Below, piece by piece: positions 7,506 to 15,111 of a stretch of DNA of 37,040 nucleotides. A program made the position numbers and the translations under genes. The number at the start of each line of letters is the position of its first letter. Within the stretch, counting starts at the first letter, position 1. Source of the stretch: a virus (lineage: Duplodnaviria; Caudoviricetes); the IMG/VR virus record IMGVR_UViG_3300032373_000055, positions 1 to 37,040 of that record; one strand, written 5' to 3'. A model generated the notes under the pieces. It did no database searches, was not told the origin of the DNA, and was given only the letters and a program-made list of their open reading frames with translations.

Positions 7506-7817
7506 ATGGAATTATCAGGGTTATATTATCGGATAATTGAGGTAGCGAACTTCTTTTTAAGAAATGCATCTCATTTAACGATAGATGCATTGAAAGACTT
7601 TGACCCAAGCGTTGAAGTGATCGCCAAAAACATGCGCACACTAGCTACGATTGTTAAGGATCTTGCTGGTGATAATTATGATGACGAGAACATGGCAATT
7701 AATGCCTTTCAGTGCTGTCTGATAATGGAAAGAATCGCTGATATTGTCGCTAAAGGCGAAGGCGACGATTTAGATAGTTTGGTTAAGCAATTAGAGTTAC
7801 ATACAAAGGTTCCTTAG
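7506..7817 (+). CDS. Hypothetical acidic helical protein (accessory gene)
   Basis: 103-aa ORF, GGGGG RBS, AT-rich upstream region with TAGAAT. Confidence 0.8.
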   Translation: MELSGLYYRIIEVANFFLRNASHLTIDALKDFDPSVEVIAKNMRTLATIVKDLAGDNYDDENMAINAFQCCLIMERIADIVAKGEGDDLDSLVKQLELHTKVP

Positions 7818-7834
7818 TAGAAGGAGAGATAGAG

Positions 7835-7969
7835 ATGAAGAGAATGACTGACAAAGAGAAAGAGATATTAATTGCGCGTGCGCATGGCCTGTTAGATGAG
7901 GTTGAAGCATGCCTCCATTTTATCGTTTCTTCCATCAAAGAGAAAAAGGAATATCAGAAGGCGGCATAA
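7835..7969 (+). CDS. 44-aa helical protein (below ORF-track cutoff)
   Basis: MKRMTDKEKEILIARAHGLLDEVEACLHFIVSSIKEKKEYQKAA; strong AAGGAG RBS at 7821; followed by terminator. Confidence 0.7.
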   Translation: MKRMTDKEKEILIARAHGLLDEVEACLHFIVSSIKEKKEYQKAA

Positions 7970-7992
7970 GCGCCACTTACAATATGCGCCAT

Positions 7993-8015
7993 AACCCGCC
8001 AATGGCGGGTTTTTT
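7993..8015 (+). terminator. Rho-independent terminator
   Basis: AACCCGCC-AAT-GGCGGGTT then T run. Confidence 0.85.
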
Positions 8016-8047
8016 ATTGCCTAATTTTTAGAGTCCCGCCTCCTTCT

Positions 8048-8284
8048 TTATCGACTATGAGTATTGATGCCATTACAACGCATTCTTGTTGTTTTTAGCA
8101 TGCTGGTTATAGCTGTCTTTTCTTGTTGATTATTTAAAGGGTTAAGGTATTTTTGCCTCTCTAGCTCTACGTGCATGCAGATAATGTCTAATGTAATGCC
8201 CCGCGTGTTTGTCTCAATTCCGATTTGTTGACGTTCAAATTCCGTTAGTGTTGTTTGCGGGGCAAGCGGTGCTATCGCGCCCAT
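8048..8284 (-). CDS. Hypothetical protein downstream of repressor
   Basis: AGGAGG RBS before ATG at 8284. Confidence 0.55.
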   Translation of the reverse strand: MGAIAPLAPQTTLTEFERQQIGIETNTRGITLDIICMHVELERQKYLNPLNNQQEKTAITSMLKTTRMRCNGINTHSR

Positions 8285-8465
8285 GCCAGCCTCCTGATTG
8301 TGGTTCAATATATTGTTTTCTTTCTGAAAAGACCGGATCAGGACGGGACGCTGTGCGCCGCGTAATGGCGGCGCTTAGCGAGAAAGGATGGTTAGACTAT
8401 GACGCTCGGTGGGGCGTAGTCTGTGAACAAATTAACCGGGGACGTGTGATGTATGCCCTTGACTT

Positions 8466-8942
8466 TTACGAGGTGCGTTTTTTGCGTGAGGTTACGGCGG
8501 GTTTGGCTTGAATATATTTATCTAGCACGCCGGATTTTATGATTTCTTCTATTTTCTTCATATCCGGTTGGTCATCTTCGGTGGTGGTAGCGGCCTGTTT
8601 TGCGTGAGAAATAGCCATGAAAGCAATCATCTCCTCAAGGTTTGCGACGGCGGCAGTTGGTAGCAAATCGAGCGCGTCTGTGATGTTCTTGTATTTTTCG
8701 TATGATGCTGAAGGTTCGCTTACGCCGATCTGTTTACGTTTTTTCCCGTACTGAATTTCTTCAGGCGTCACTCCAAGTGCGCTGGCGATTTTGGTAAGTG
8801 TGCTGCCTTTTAGTGATTTAGTTTCGCCTGTTTCAATTTGCGATATAGCGGACTTGGTAATTCCGGTTTTGTTTGATAGTTGCAGCTGGGACAGCCCTGC
8901 GGATTTTCTTAGCTCCCTTATTATTTCGCCTGTTGTCTTCAT
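8466..8942 (-). CDS. cI: CI-like XRE-family repressor without S24 peptidase domain
   Basis: IRELRKSAGLSQLQLS..TGITKSAISQIETG HTH; divergent from cro across operators; start placed at MKTTGE. Confidence 0.88.
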   Translation of the reverse strand: MKTTGEIIRELRKSAGLSQLQLSNKTGITKSAISQIETGETKSLKGSTLTKIASALGVTPEEIQYGKKRKQIGVSEPSASYEKYKNITDALDLLPTAAVANLEEMIAFMAISHAKQAATTTEDDQPDMKKIEEIIKSGVLDKYIQAKPAVTSRKKRTS

Positions 8943-9012
8943 AGCGTTAACTATACTTAACTTATGGTTAAGTGTGCTTGATTTATCTGGTTTAGCGTGC
9001 TTTACTTTAAGC
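8943..9012. promoter_or_regulatory. OR region: three operators with PRM and PR
   Basis: GTTAACTATACTTAAC 8946-8961, GTTAAGTGTGCTTGAT 8967-8982, GTTTAGCGTGCTTTAC 8990-9005; PR TTGATT-17 bp-TTTACT; PRM -10 TATAGT on minus strand. Confidence 0.8.
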
Positions 9013-9252
9013 ATGATGACAAAAAAAGAAGCGATTGGGTTGTTCGATGGTGAGCGCCATAAGCTTGAGAGCGCTGTAGGCGTAACAAAGGCTGCTGTAT
9101 CGCAGTGGCCGAATCCGCTTCCGGAAAGGATATCTGATCGAGTCCTTGGTGCTGCTGTTAGAGCGGGCAGGACTCAACAGGTTTTGTGTTTGTTGAAATC
9201 GAAAGCCTGCAATTCTCGTGGTGATCTGCGAGATAAAAAAGATGCGGCTTAA
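9013..9252 (+). CDS. cro: Cro-like regulator
   Basis: MTKKEAIGLF....KL..AVGVTKAAVSQWP..LP pattern; first gene after PR. Confidence 0.88.
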   Translation: MMTKKEAIGLFDGERHKLESAVGVTKAAVSQWPNPLPERISDRVLGAAVRAGRTQQVLCLLKSKACNSRGDLRDKKDAA

Positions 9253-9260
9253 TTTCTTTT

Positions 9261-9411
9261 GCGCTCGTATACCGGGTTCCTCTCCTTCCTGGTGTGCGAG
9301 TGCTTTTTTATTCGTGGTTTTCCGATGAAGCCCATCAATCGAACCGCTCACCCGGTGGTTGCTCAGTCCCTCTGGGTGGCTCCCTCTCCTTGCTGGGTGA
9401 GTGGTTCGATT
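9261..9411 (+). ncRNA. Structured cis RNA element (tR1-like hairpin plus branched stem)
   Basis: 16-bp stem 9261-9276/9288-9303 plus 6 T; 19-bp stem 9337-9355/9393-9411; all non-Watson-Crick pairs are G-U on the + strand. Confidence 0.55.
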
Positions 9412-9465
9412 TGTGTGTTTGTTTGTGATCATAAAAGAAATATAGCAAATGGAGCTTAAATAGCG

Positions 9466-10056
9466 ATGTCGAGCGTTTTACAGCTAGAGCCTGAACATTG
9501 GGTTATCCGTAACTATGTGATGGCTTTGGTGGACAGTAAAGATGAGCCGGTGGACTGGATGGAGCTGCGTGATGCGTTTGTGCCGGTGTACCTAATGATG
9601 ATTCCGCCGGGTGATGATGTGCCTGAGTTTCACCTGGTGCATCGGCATGACTCGGTAGATGAGATGCGCAAAAAGAACGCTAGAAACTATAACAAGCTCT
9701 ACCGCGCGATTGCTGGCGGTGTTGCTTTTCCTATCTGTTACCGATTGCCGCTCATTGCCGCGCTGGAAGTATTAAAGCCCGGCCTTGGTGTTGGGTTACG
9801 CAAGGCGCTACTGCGCAACGCGGGCTTGATGCACATGGTGCTTGATGTGGCGGGCAGCGCTGAATTCTTATATGCCGAAATTTTGCAGGCGTTTTCTACG
9901 GCTAACGCGCACCTCGTATCTGACATTAATGATGATGGACGCTTGAATGGTAAGCAAACCGAAGAGGCGCTTTTAAGTTCAATTGAGGTTCATAAGGCCG
10001 CATTAAAACAGGTGCGTGAAAACATGGTGAAAGATAAGGAGCGAGGCAATGAGTAA
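9466..10056 (+). CDS. Regulatory protein in CII/YdaT position
   Basis: GGAG RBS; synteny after cro; helical composition; function inferred from position. Confidence 0.6.
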   Translation: MSSVLQLEPEHWVIRNYVMALVDSKDEPVDWMELRDAFVPVYLMMIPPGDDVPEFHLVHRHDSVDEMRKKNARNYNKLYRAIAGGVAFPICYRLPLIAALEVLKPGLGVGLRKALLRNAGLMHMVLDVAGSAEFLYAEILQAFSTANAHLVSDINDDGRLNGKQTEEALLSSIEVHKAALKQVRENMVKDKERGNE

Positions 10057-10306
10057 TTCACAGCAGCTATCTCAACAGCAGCGGGCGCGTACAACCAGAA
10101 CGTATGCGGCGGATATTTCACGCCCTAGAAAGGTGTTGATTTTAACGGCTATCGGCGAAGAAGAAATTGAGCCGGTTGAGGCGGTATTTTTCACCATGAG
10201 GCGCAATGGTGCGGTGTGCGCCTGTTGCGAAGGGGCTATTTTTAAAGGGTCTGAGTATGTTTACCACCGTGCAATGTATTGCATGGGGTGTGCTGATTAT
10301 CACTAG
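10049..10306 (+). CDS. Small zinc-finger protein
   Basis: CACC...CMGC; GAGG RBS; overlaps upstream stop. Confidence 0.7.
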   Translation: MSNSQQLSQQQRARTTRTYAADISRPRKVLILTAIGEEEIEPVEAVFFTMRRNGAVCACCEGAIFKGSEYVYHRAMYCMGCADYH

Positions 10307-10317
10307 CGAGGTGCAAC

Positions 10318-10485
10318 ATGGAATATGCAGTTTTGTTTTTGTTTGTTGTTTTGGTGCTGGGTGTTTTAGCGGGTGGCACCGGTAGTTTTTCTCGCGCCGC
10401 TGAGGCGTCAACGATTGCGCGTAACGCGCGTGCGTGTAGCAGAGATGAGCATGAAGCGGCGTGTGATCCTGTAGGAAAGCAATAA
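10318..10485 (+). CDS. 55-aa protein with N-terminal hydrophobic helix (below ORF-track cutoff)
   Basis: MEYAVLFLFVVLVLGVLAGG...; GAGGTG RBS. Confidence 0.55.
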   Translation: MEYAVLFLFVVLVLGVLAGGTGSFSRAAEASTIARNARACSRDEHEAACDPVGKQ

Positions 10486-10509
10486 TAATTATAAAGGGGC
10501 GAGGGAATA

Positions 10510-11544
10510 ATGGGTGCGTTAATAGAGGGTGAACCACGAACGCTTGATGATGTGTTTGTGCTAGCTGAGAGCATTGGATTGTTAGTTGAAATATTCGAGA
10601 TTGATGGTACCTGGTATCGTGTGCCGCTTGATGGCGGTAAGCCTAGTGATTTATCGGGCGCATATTGTTTAAGTGAGTTTCTGCTTGGTTCAGGTGTGCG
10701 CGTTATTGTGGGCATGCTTTGCAACTGGAAGCTAGGCAGGGAAGAGCGGTTAACGCTTGAGGGTATAAAGGGCGTTTCGGCGGAGGACATGAGGGAGGCC
10801 CGCAAGCGTAGTCGAGAGGCCGTTGAGGCTGGGAAAGTAGCGAAGGCATTGCAGCATGAAGAAACGGCGGCGCGTGCTGATAAAATATGGGCGGGGCTTC
10901 CTGATGAGGGGCGTTCTCCTTATCTGCAAAGTAAAGGGGTGAAGGCTTACGGGCTGAGATTTTCGCGCGGGTCTATTGTTGTACCGGCGCGTGATATAGA
11001 CGGCAAGCTTTGGACGCTGCAATTTATTAATAAAGATGGTGGTAAGTTATTTTTAAGCGGCGGAGCGAAGCGAGGCCGGTTTCATTTAATAGGTCGCTTG
11101 CCCGATAAAGGGCAAGCTCTTTCTGCTGTTGGTGTTGCTGAAGGTTACGCAACCGCTGAAGCTGGTTTTACTGCTGCTGCTAAGGCGTTTCCTATGGCCG
11201 TTGCATTTGATGCCGGTAATATTCTGCCTGTTAGCGAAGCTTTTCGCGCGCGCTATCCTGAGGCGCGAATTATTATTTTTGCAGATCATGACGTGCATAA
11301 AGGGTATCCGGTGGCGCTGATTAAGCGGCGCGATATAACGCCAGCATTGCAAGTGCAAATTGATCGGTTGGCCCGTGTTCGGCCTGATGTTGCGGTTGAG
11401 GTGGCTGCGAATGATGACCCGCGTTTTTCTGATAAAGACAAGCACTATAACGTTGGCGTGACTAAGGCGCTGATAGCCGCTGCGGCGGTTGATGGTGATG
11501 TGTTAGTGCCTCGTTTTGATCCGCTTAAAGAGGCGGCGTTATGA
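10510..11544 (+). CDS. Toprim-domain primase (P4 alpha/TraC-like)
   Basis: YLQSKG, LQFI..DG.K.FL.GG, AEGYATA, AFDAGN, FADHD motifs. Confidence 0.9.
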   Translation: MGALIEGEPRTLDDVFVLAESIGLLVEIFEIDGTWYRVPLDGGKPSDLSGAYCLSEFLLGSGVRVIVGMLCNWKLGREERLTLEGIKGVSAEDMREARKRSREAVEAGKVAKALQHEETAARADKIWAGLPDEGRSPYLQSKGVKAYGLRFSRGSIVVPARDIDGKLWTLQFINKDGGKLFLSGGAKRGRFHLIGRLPDKGQALSAVGVAEGYATAEAGFTAAAKAFPMAVAFDAGNILPVSEAFRARYPEARIIIFADHDVHKGYPVALIKRRDITPALQVQIDRLARVRPDVAVEVAANDDPRFSDKDKHYNVGVTKALIAAAAVDGDVLVPRFDPLKEAAL

Positions 11545-13046
11545 GTGGTCTGCCGACTGATTTTAATGATCAGATTAAGCGTGATGGTATTGCGAAGCTT
11601 GGTAGATTGGTTCTTGATGATCTGGCTGCTATTGATTTTGATAGGCGCAATATTGAACGAAGTGACCAAACAAAAAACCATCAAGTGGCGGAGCCTTTAA
11701 AGGGGGAGAAGCAGTATTTGCCATCCAGTGAGGCGGATGATTTACCGCCGCTGCCTGATGAGCGTGACGTGCCTGCTGATGATAGTGACGAGCATGACGA
11801 TTTGTGGGAAGAAAAGTTTGAGGAAACTGAGAAGGGCTTCCGTAAAGGCTCTGTGCGTAACGTTGAGCTGGTATTAGCGAATGATCCCGGCTGGCGTGGT
11901 GTGTTGGCTTATTGCTTGTTCAGTTACCGAATTTTGAAACGAAAGGCTGCGCCAACCGGTGGCGATGGTGATGAGTGGTGTGATGCTGATGCGGCGGCGT
12001 TGCGGGTGTGGCTTTCTTATGAGTACGGTTTTACGCCCAATCATACTGATGTGGCCGACGCTGTGAGCGTGGTTGCGCGTAAACGGGCATTTCATCCGGT
12101 GCGTGATTATCTGAGTGGTTTGAAGTGGGATGGTGTGCCGCGCCTTTCGACGTGGCTGGAGTGTGCGTTTAATTCCACGGATGATACGAGTTATCTGGAG
12201 GCGGTGGGTAAGCGTATGTTGATTGGCGCAGTGGCGCGAGTGATGCGACCGGGTTGCAAGATGGATACGGTGATGATCCTTGAGGGTAAGCAGGGCAAGG
12301 GTAAATCGACGGCAATTGAAGCGTTGTTTGGTGAGTTCTTCACTGATGCCCCGCTGCCGATTGGTGACAAAGATGCTTATCAGGTTATCCAGGGTAAATG
12401 GGGTTTCGAGCTAGCGGAGCTTGATTCGTTTAACAAAAGCGAATCGACAACATTAAAGCATTTCTTTTCTCAGCGTATTGATCGTTTCCGTCCTAGTTAT
12501 GGGCGAGTGGCGACTGATCATCCACGGCAAGTGGTGTTCTTTGGTTCCACTAATCAGGATTTCTATTTCCGGGATTATTCGGGTAATCGGCGGTTTTGGC
12601 CGGTTTATTGTGAGTCTGTTAATCGTGCCTGGGTATTGAAATATCGTGATCAGTTGTGGGCTGAGGCGTTGACGTTGTTTAAGGCTGGCGAACGGTGGTG
12701 GCTGAATCCTGAGCTTGAAGAAGATGCGGCGGTGTGCGAGGTGATTGTGGATATTCAGGATTCGCGCCTTCAGCGTGATCCCTGGGAAGATAAGTTGATT
12801 AAATATTTGAAGGGGATTAGTGCGCCCTGGATAACTATGGATGCTTTATTGACTGAGGGGCTAGAGGTGGCGACGCATAGCCAGCAGCCAATGCATGCTA
12901 ACCGCGTGGCTACTTTGATGCGCGCGCTCGGTTGGCGAGCTGAGCGAAAGCGTGTGGATGTGAATGGCGAGAAGCGACAGCAGCGCGTGTGGATCAATCC
13001 AATGGCTGAAGCGGGTGAATATCAGGCGGTGCCACTTGATTTGTAA
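11541..13046 (+). CDS. VapE (virulence-associated E) family helicase/ATPase
   Basis: FHPVRDYL..L.WDG.PR, Walker A GKQGKGKST, ELAEL, GSTN...D.SGNRRFWP. Confidence 0.92.
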   Translation: MSGLPTDFNDQIKRDGIAKLGRLVLDDLAAIDFDRRNIERSDQTKNHQVAEPLKGEKQYLPSSEADDLPPLPDERDVPADDSDEHDDLWEEKFEETEKGFRKGSVRNVELVLANDPGWRGVLAYCLFSYRILKRKAAPTGGDGDEWCDADAAALRVWLSYEYGFTPNHTDVADAVSVVARKRAFHPVRDYLSGLKWDGVPRLSTWLECAFNSTDDTSYLEAVGKRMLIGAVARVMRPGCKMDTVMILEGKQGKGKSTAIEALFGEFFTDAPLPIGDKDAYQVIQGKWGFELAELDSFNKSESTTLKHFFSQRIDRFRPSYGRVATDHPRQVVFFGSTNQDFYFRDYSGNRRFWPVYCESVNRAWVLKYRDQLWAEALTLFKAGERWWLNPELEEDAAVCEVIVDIQDSRLQRDPWEDKLIKYLKGISAPWITMDALLTEGLEVATHSQQPMHANRVATLMRALGWRAERKRVDVNGEKRQQRVWINPMAEAGEYQAVPLDL

Positions 13047-13061
13047 TAAACGCGCAGGTTT

Positions 13062-13304
13062 TGTGACACCTGTGCCACGCCTATGCGGTGTGGTGTCACA
13101 CGCTCAGGCCGCGTCACAGCTGCATTGTGACACTGTGACACCTGTGACACCCGATCCCGTAGGTAGGCATGCACGTGCGCGCGCGCGGGTGTGCGTTTTT
13201 TTATATGTCACATATGTCACAAGGCTATATGAATATATAGATCAATCGGTTAGGGCTGAGACGGCCCATATAGAGGCGTGTCACAGGGTGTCACAGGTGT
13301 CACA
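13062..13304. repeat. Iteron cluster, probable replication origin
   Basis: TGTGACA at 13062, 13126, 13134, 13143; its complement TGTCACA at 13094, 13206, 13215, 13279, 13289, 13298; AT-rich patch nearby. Confidence 0.75.
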
Positions 13305-13627
13305 TGATCTTTAATCGCGTTGGTAAGTATGTTTCTGCGTCCGATGAAGGTTATTCGATTTGTGCGTGCTGCGTTGTGGGTGGTTGGGCGTTCGTTGTGT
13401 TTGGGCCTGAGACTAAAGCGGTGCCTGGTGATTACAAGGTGAGGTATGCGCTAGGTGAGCGCGTGCCGCCGTCCTTTGGTTTTAAGCATAAGTATGTGAG
13501 TGAGTGCCTTGGTTCGTTTTTAGGGCGTGACTATGAGAATGAGGCAGCAGCGGCGCGTGAAGCGGCGGTTAGCTTTTGTGTAAAGCATTACAGTGAAGGG
13601 AGGTTGTCGGATGTTGAAGCAGCGTGA
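13304..13627 (+). CDS. Hypothetical phage protein
   Basis: Open frame between origin and Q-like gene. Confidence 0.6.
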   Translation: MIFNRVGKYVSASDEGYSICACCVVGGWAFVVFGPETKAVPGDYKVRYALGERVPPSFGFKHKYVSECLGSFLGRDYENEAAAAREAAVSFCVKHYSEGRLSDVEAA

Positions 13628-14069
13628 TTTGTTGATGATGAATGATGAGCAGTATGCAAAGACGTTGTTGCGTTGGTGGGGTGTTTGGCTTGACCAGGTG
13701 TCGAGTCGGCCGCCGGGTGGTTCGCTGGTGTCGGGTATCTATCATTCGTCGGGTGCGTCCAGTGTGAGAGCCGCACCTGTTGCTTGTCGTGATCCGTATG
13801 CGGAGCGGGTTGCTGCAATTATGGATTGGCTGCGTGAGAAGGATGAATGGACAAGGCAGTACATGGCGCTGGTATACGCTTATGAGAAAGGGTTGGAGGT
13901 GAAGCCTGCCAGTAATGAGATGAAGGTGTCAGAGAAAACGTTTAAGGGTTATAAGCGTGAAGGTGTGGTGATTGTAGCGGTTGAGTTGTCGAAGACGCGG
14001 CATAGAGGTTTGTGTAAAGTGCTCGACATTGAAAAAAAGATGTTGACAAGGGTACCCGCGATATTGTAA
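13611..14069 (+). CDS. Q-like late antiterminator/activator
   Basis: LL.WWG.W N-terminus, C-terminal HTH-like segment, GGAGG RBS; precedes late promoter and terminators. Confidence 0.6.
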   Translation: MLKQRDLLMMNDEQYAKTLLRWWGVWLDQVSSRPPGGSLVSGIYHSSGASSVRAAPVACRDPYAERVAAIMDWLREKDEWTRQYMALVYAYEKGLEVKPASNEMKVSEKTFKGYKREGVVIVAVELSKTRHRGLCKVLDIEKKMLTRVPAIL

Positions 14070-14073
14070 AAAT
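14043..14073 (+). promoter_or_regulatory. Putative late promoter PR'
   Basis: Perfect TTGACA 14043-14048; imperfect -10 (TGTAAAAAT). Confidence 0.5.
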
Positions 14074-14097
14074 GCGTTACGGTCTAACAACTGCGCA

Positions 14098-14132
14098 CAA
14101 AGCCTAACCATATCGGTTGGGCTTTGTTGTTT
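14098..14132 (+). terminator. tR'-like terminator 1
   Basis: CAAAGCCTAACC/GGTTGGGCTTTG hairpin then T-rich tract. Confidence 0.65.
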
Positions 14133-14144
14133 CTAGGGAAACAT

Positions 14145-14182
14145 AAAGCCTGCATCTCTCACGAGGTGTGGGCTTTTTTATT
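14145..14182 (+). terminator. tR'-like terminator 2
   Basis: AAAGCCTGCATCTC/GAGGTGTGGGCTTT hairpin then T run. Confidence 0.75.
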
Positions 14183-14191
14183 GGGATAATT

Positions 14192-14479
14192 ATGGCTGAT
14201 ACAGCAACGACAGAGCGGCTTAAAGCTATAGACGCGAAGCTCGGTCAGTTAAACGATCATGTTCTGACGACGTTAACCGCTCATGGTGTGCGTCACGATA
14301 GTCATACAGAGACGTTGGCGCGTCATGAGAAACTTCATGTTAAGGCTCAAGCGGACATTATTTTAATTAACCAGGCGCTTGCGGTTGGTAAGGTAAAGAT
14401 CGGCTATGGTGAGCGCGTATCGTGGATGTTGTTTTCCGCTGTTGTTGCTACTGGTGTTTACTACTTCAGAGGCGGATAG
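14192..14479 (+). CDS. Coiled-coil protein with C-terminal transmembrane helix (holin/XhlA-like candidate)
   Basis: First late gene; VSWMLFSAVVATGVYYF hydrophobic segment. Confidence 0.55.
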   Translation: MADTATTERLKAIDAKLGQLNDHVLTTLTAHGVRHDSHTETLARHEKLHVKAQADIILINQALAVGKVKIGYGERVSWMLFSAVVATGVYYFRGG

Positions 14480-14480
14480 C

Positions 14481-14888
14481 ATGGCACGCCGTGCGCCGAC
14501 TGCGTGTGTTCGTCCGCGATGTAAAGGGTTAGCTGATAAGGGTAATCTTTGCGAACGTTGCAAGGGTGAGCGAGACACGGCACAGGCTGGGCGTAAGCTG
14601 GTTGTTGATCGTGCCTATAATCGTCGGCGTGATGTATCAGATAAATTCTATGGCACGGCAGTATGGCGGCGGACACGCAATGCGTATCTTGCAGAGCATC
14701 CGTTGTGCGAGGGTGAGTGCGAGGGCTTCGAGGTGTTGACGCCAGCGGTGCTGGTTGATCATGTCATTCCGTTCAAGGAGCGCCCGGATCTAGGGCTTGA
14801 CCCTGAGAATCTGCGGAGCTTGTGTACTCCCTGTCATAACCGTATCGGCGCACGGGTGGGCTTGTCAGGCCGCCGAGATACGCACTGA
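14481..14888 (+). CDS. HNH endonuclease (HK97 gp74-like packaging cofactor)
   Basis: HPLC..C, VDHVIP, NLRSLCTPCHN; directly before terminase. Confidence 0.92.
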   Translation: MARRAPTACVRPRCKGLADKGNLCERCKGERDTAQAGRKLVVDRAYNRRRDVSDKFYGTAVWRRTRNAYLAEHPLCEGECEGFEVLTPAVLVDHVIPFKERPDLGLDPENLRSLCTPCHNRIGARVGLSGRRDTH

Positions 14889-14934
14889 TATGGTGCGGAA
14901 TTCACAGGCACCCCTCTCTTGCACTGAATGGGTG

Positions 14935-15045
14935 CGCAAGGGGAGGGGTACCCAAATCTTCAATCCGTCCGACTCTCGAACGAAAGGGTTAGTCACATTT
15001 ACGCGGCAGTTAGATTGAAAAGAAAAAACCCATTTAGAAACGCCC
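14935..15045. other. Probable cos region
   Basis: Non-coding gap between HNH and terS beginning with a G-rich run; inferred from position only. Confidence 0.35.
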
Positions 15046-15111
15046 TTGTGGATCGAGAGGGCGGTGATTTTCGGCGCGAAACAAAGCTGCGCTAATAGCG
15101 AGTTATATGCA

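Noticed and set aside
8791-9014. N-terminal extensions of cI (to 9014) and cro (from 8791) in the ORF track
   Set aside because: They run through the operators and the opposite gene; the HTH domains begin at 8942 and 9013
9259-9459. 66-aa ORF between cro and the CII-position gene
   Set aside because: TTG start with no RBS; the region is better explained by RNA structure
13062-13304. CRISPR array, or the 116-aa ORF 12964-13314
   Set aside because: Repeats are 7 bp, irregularly spaced and in both orientations, with no cas genes; the ORF just translates the iterons
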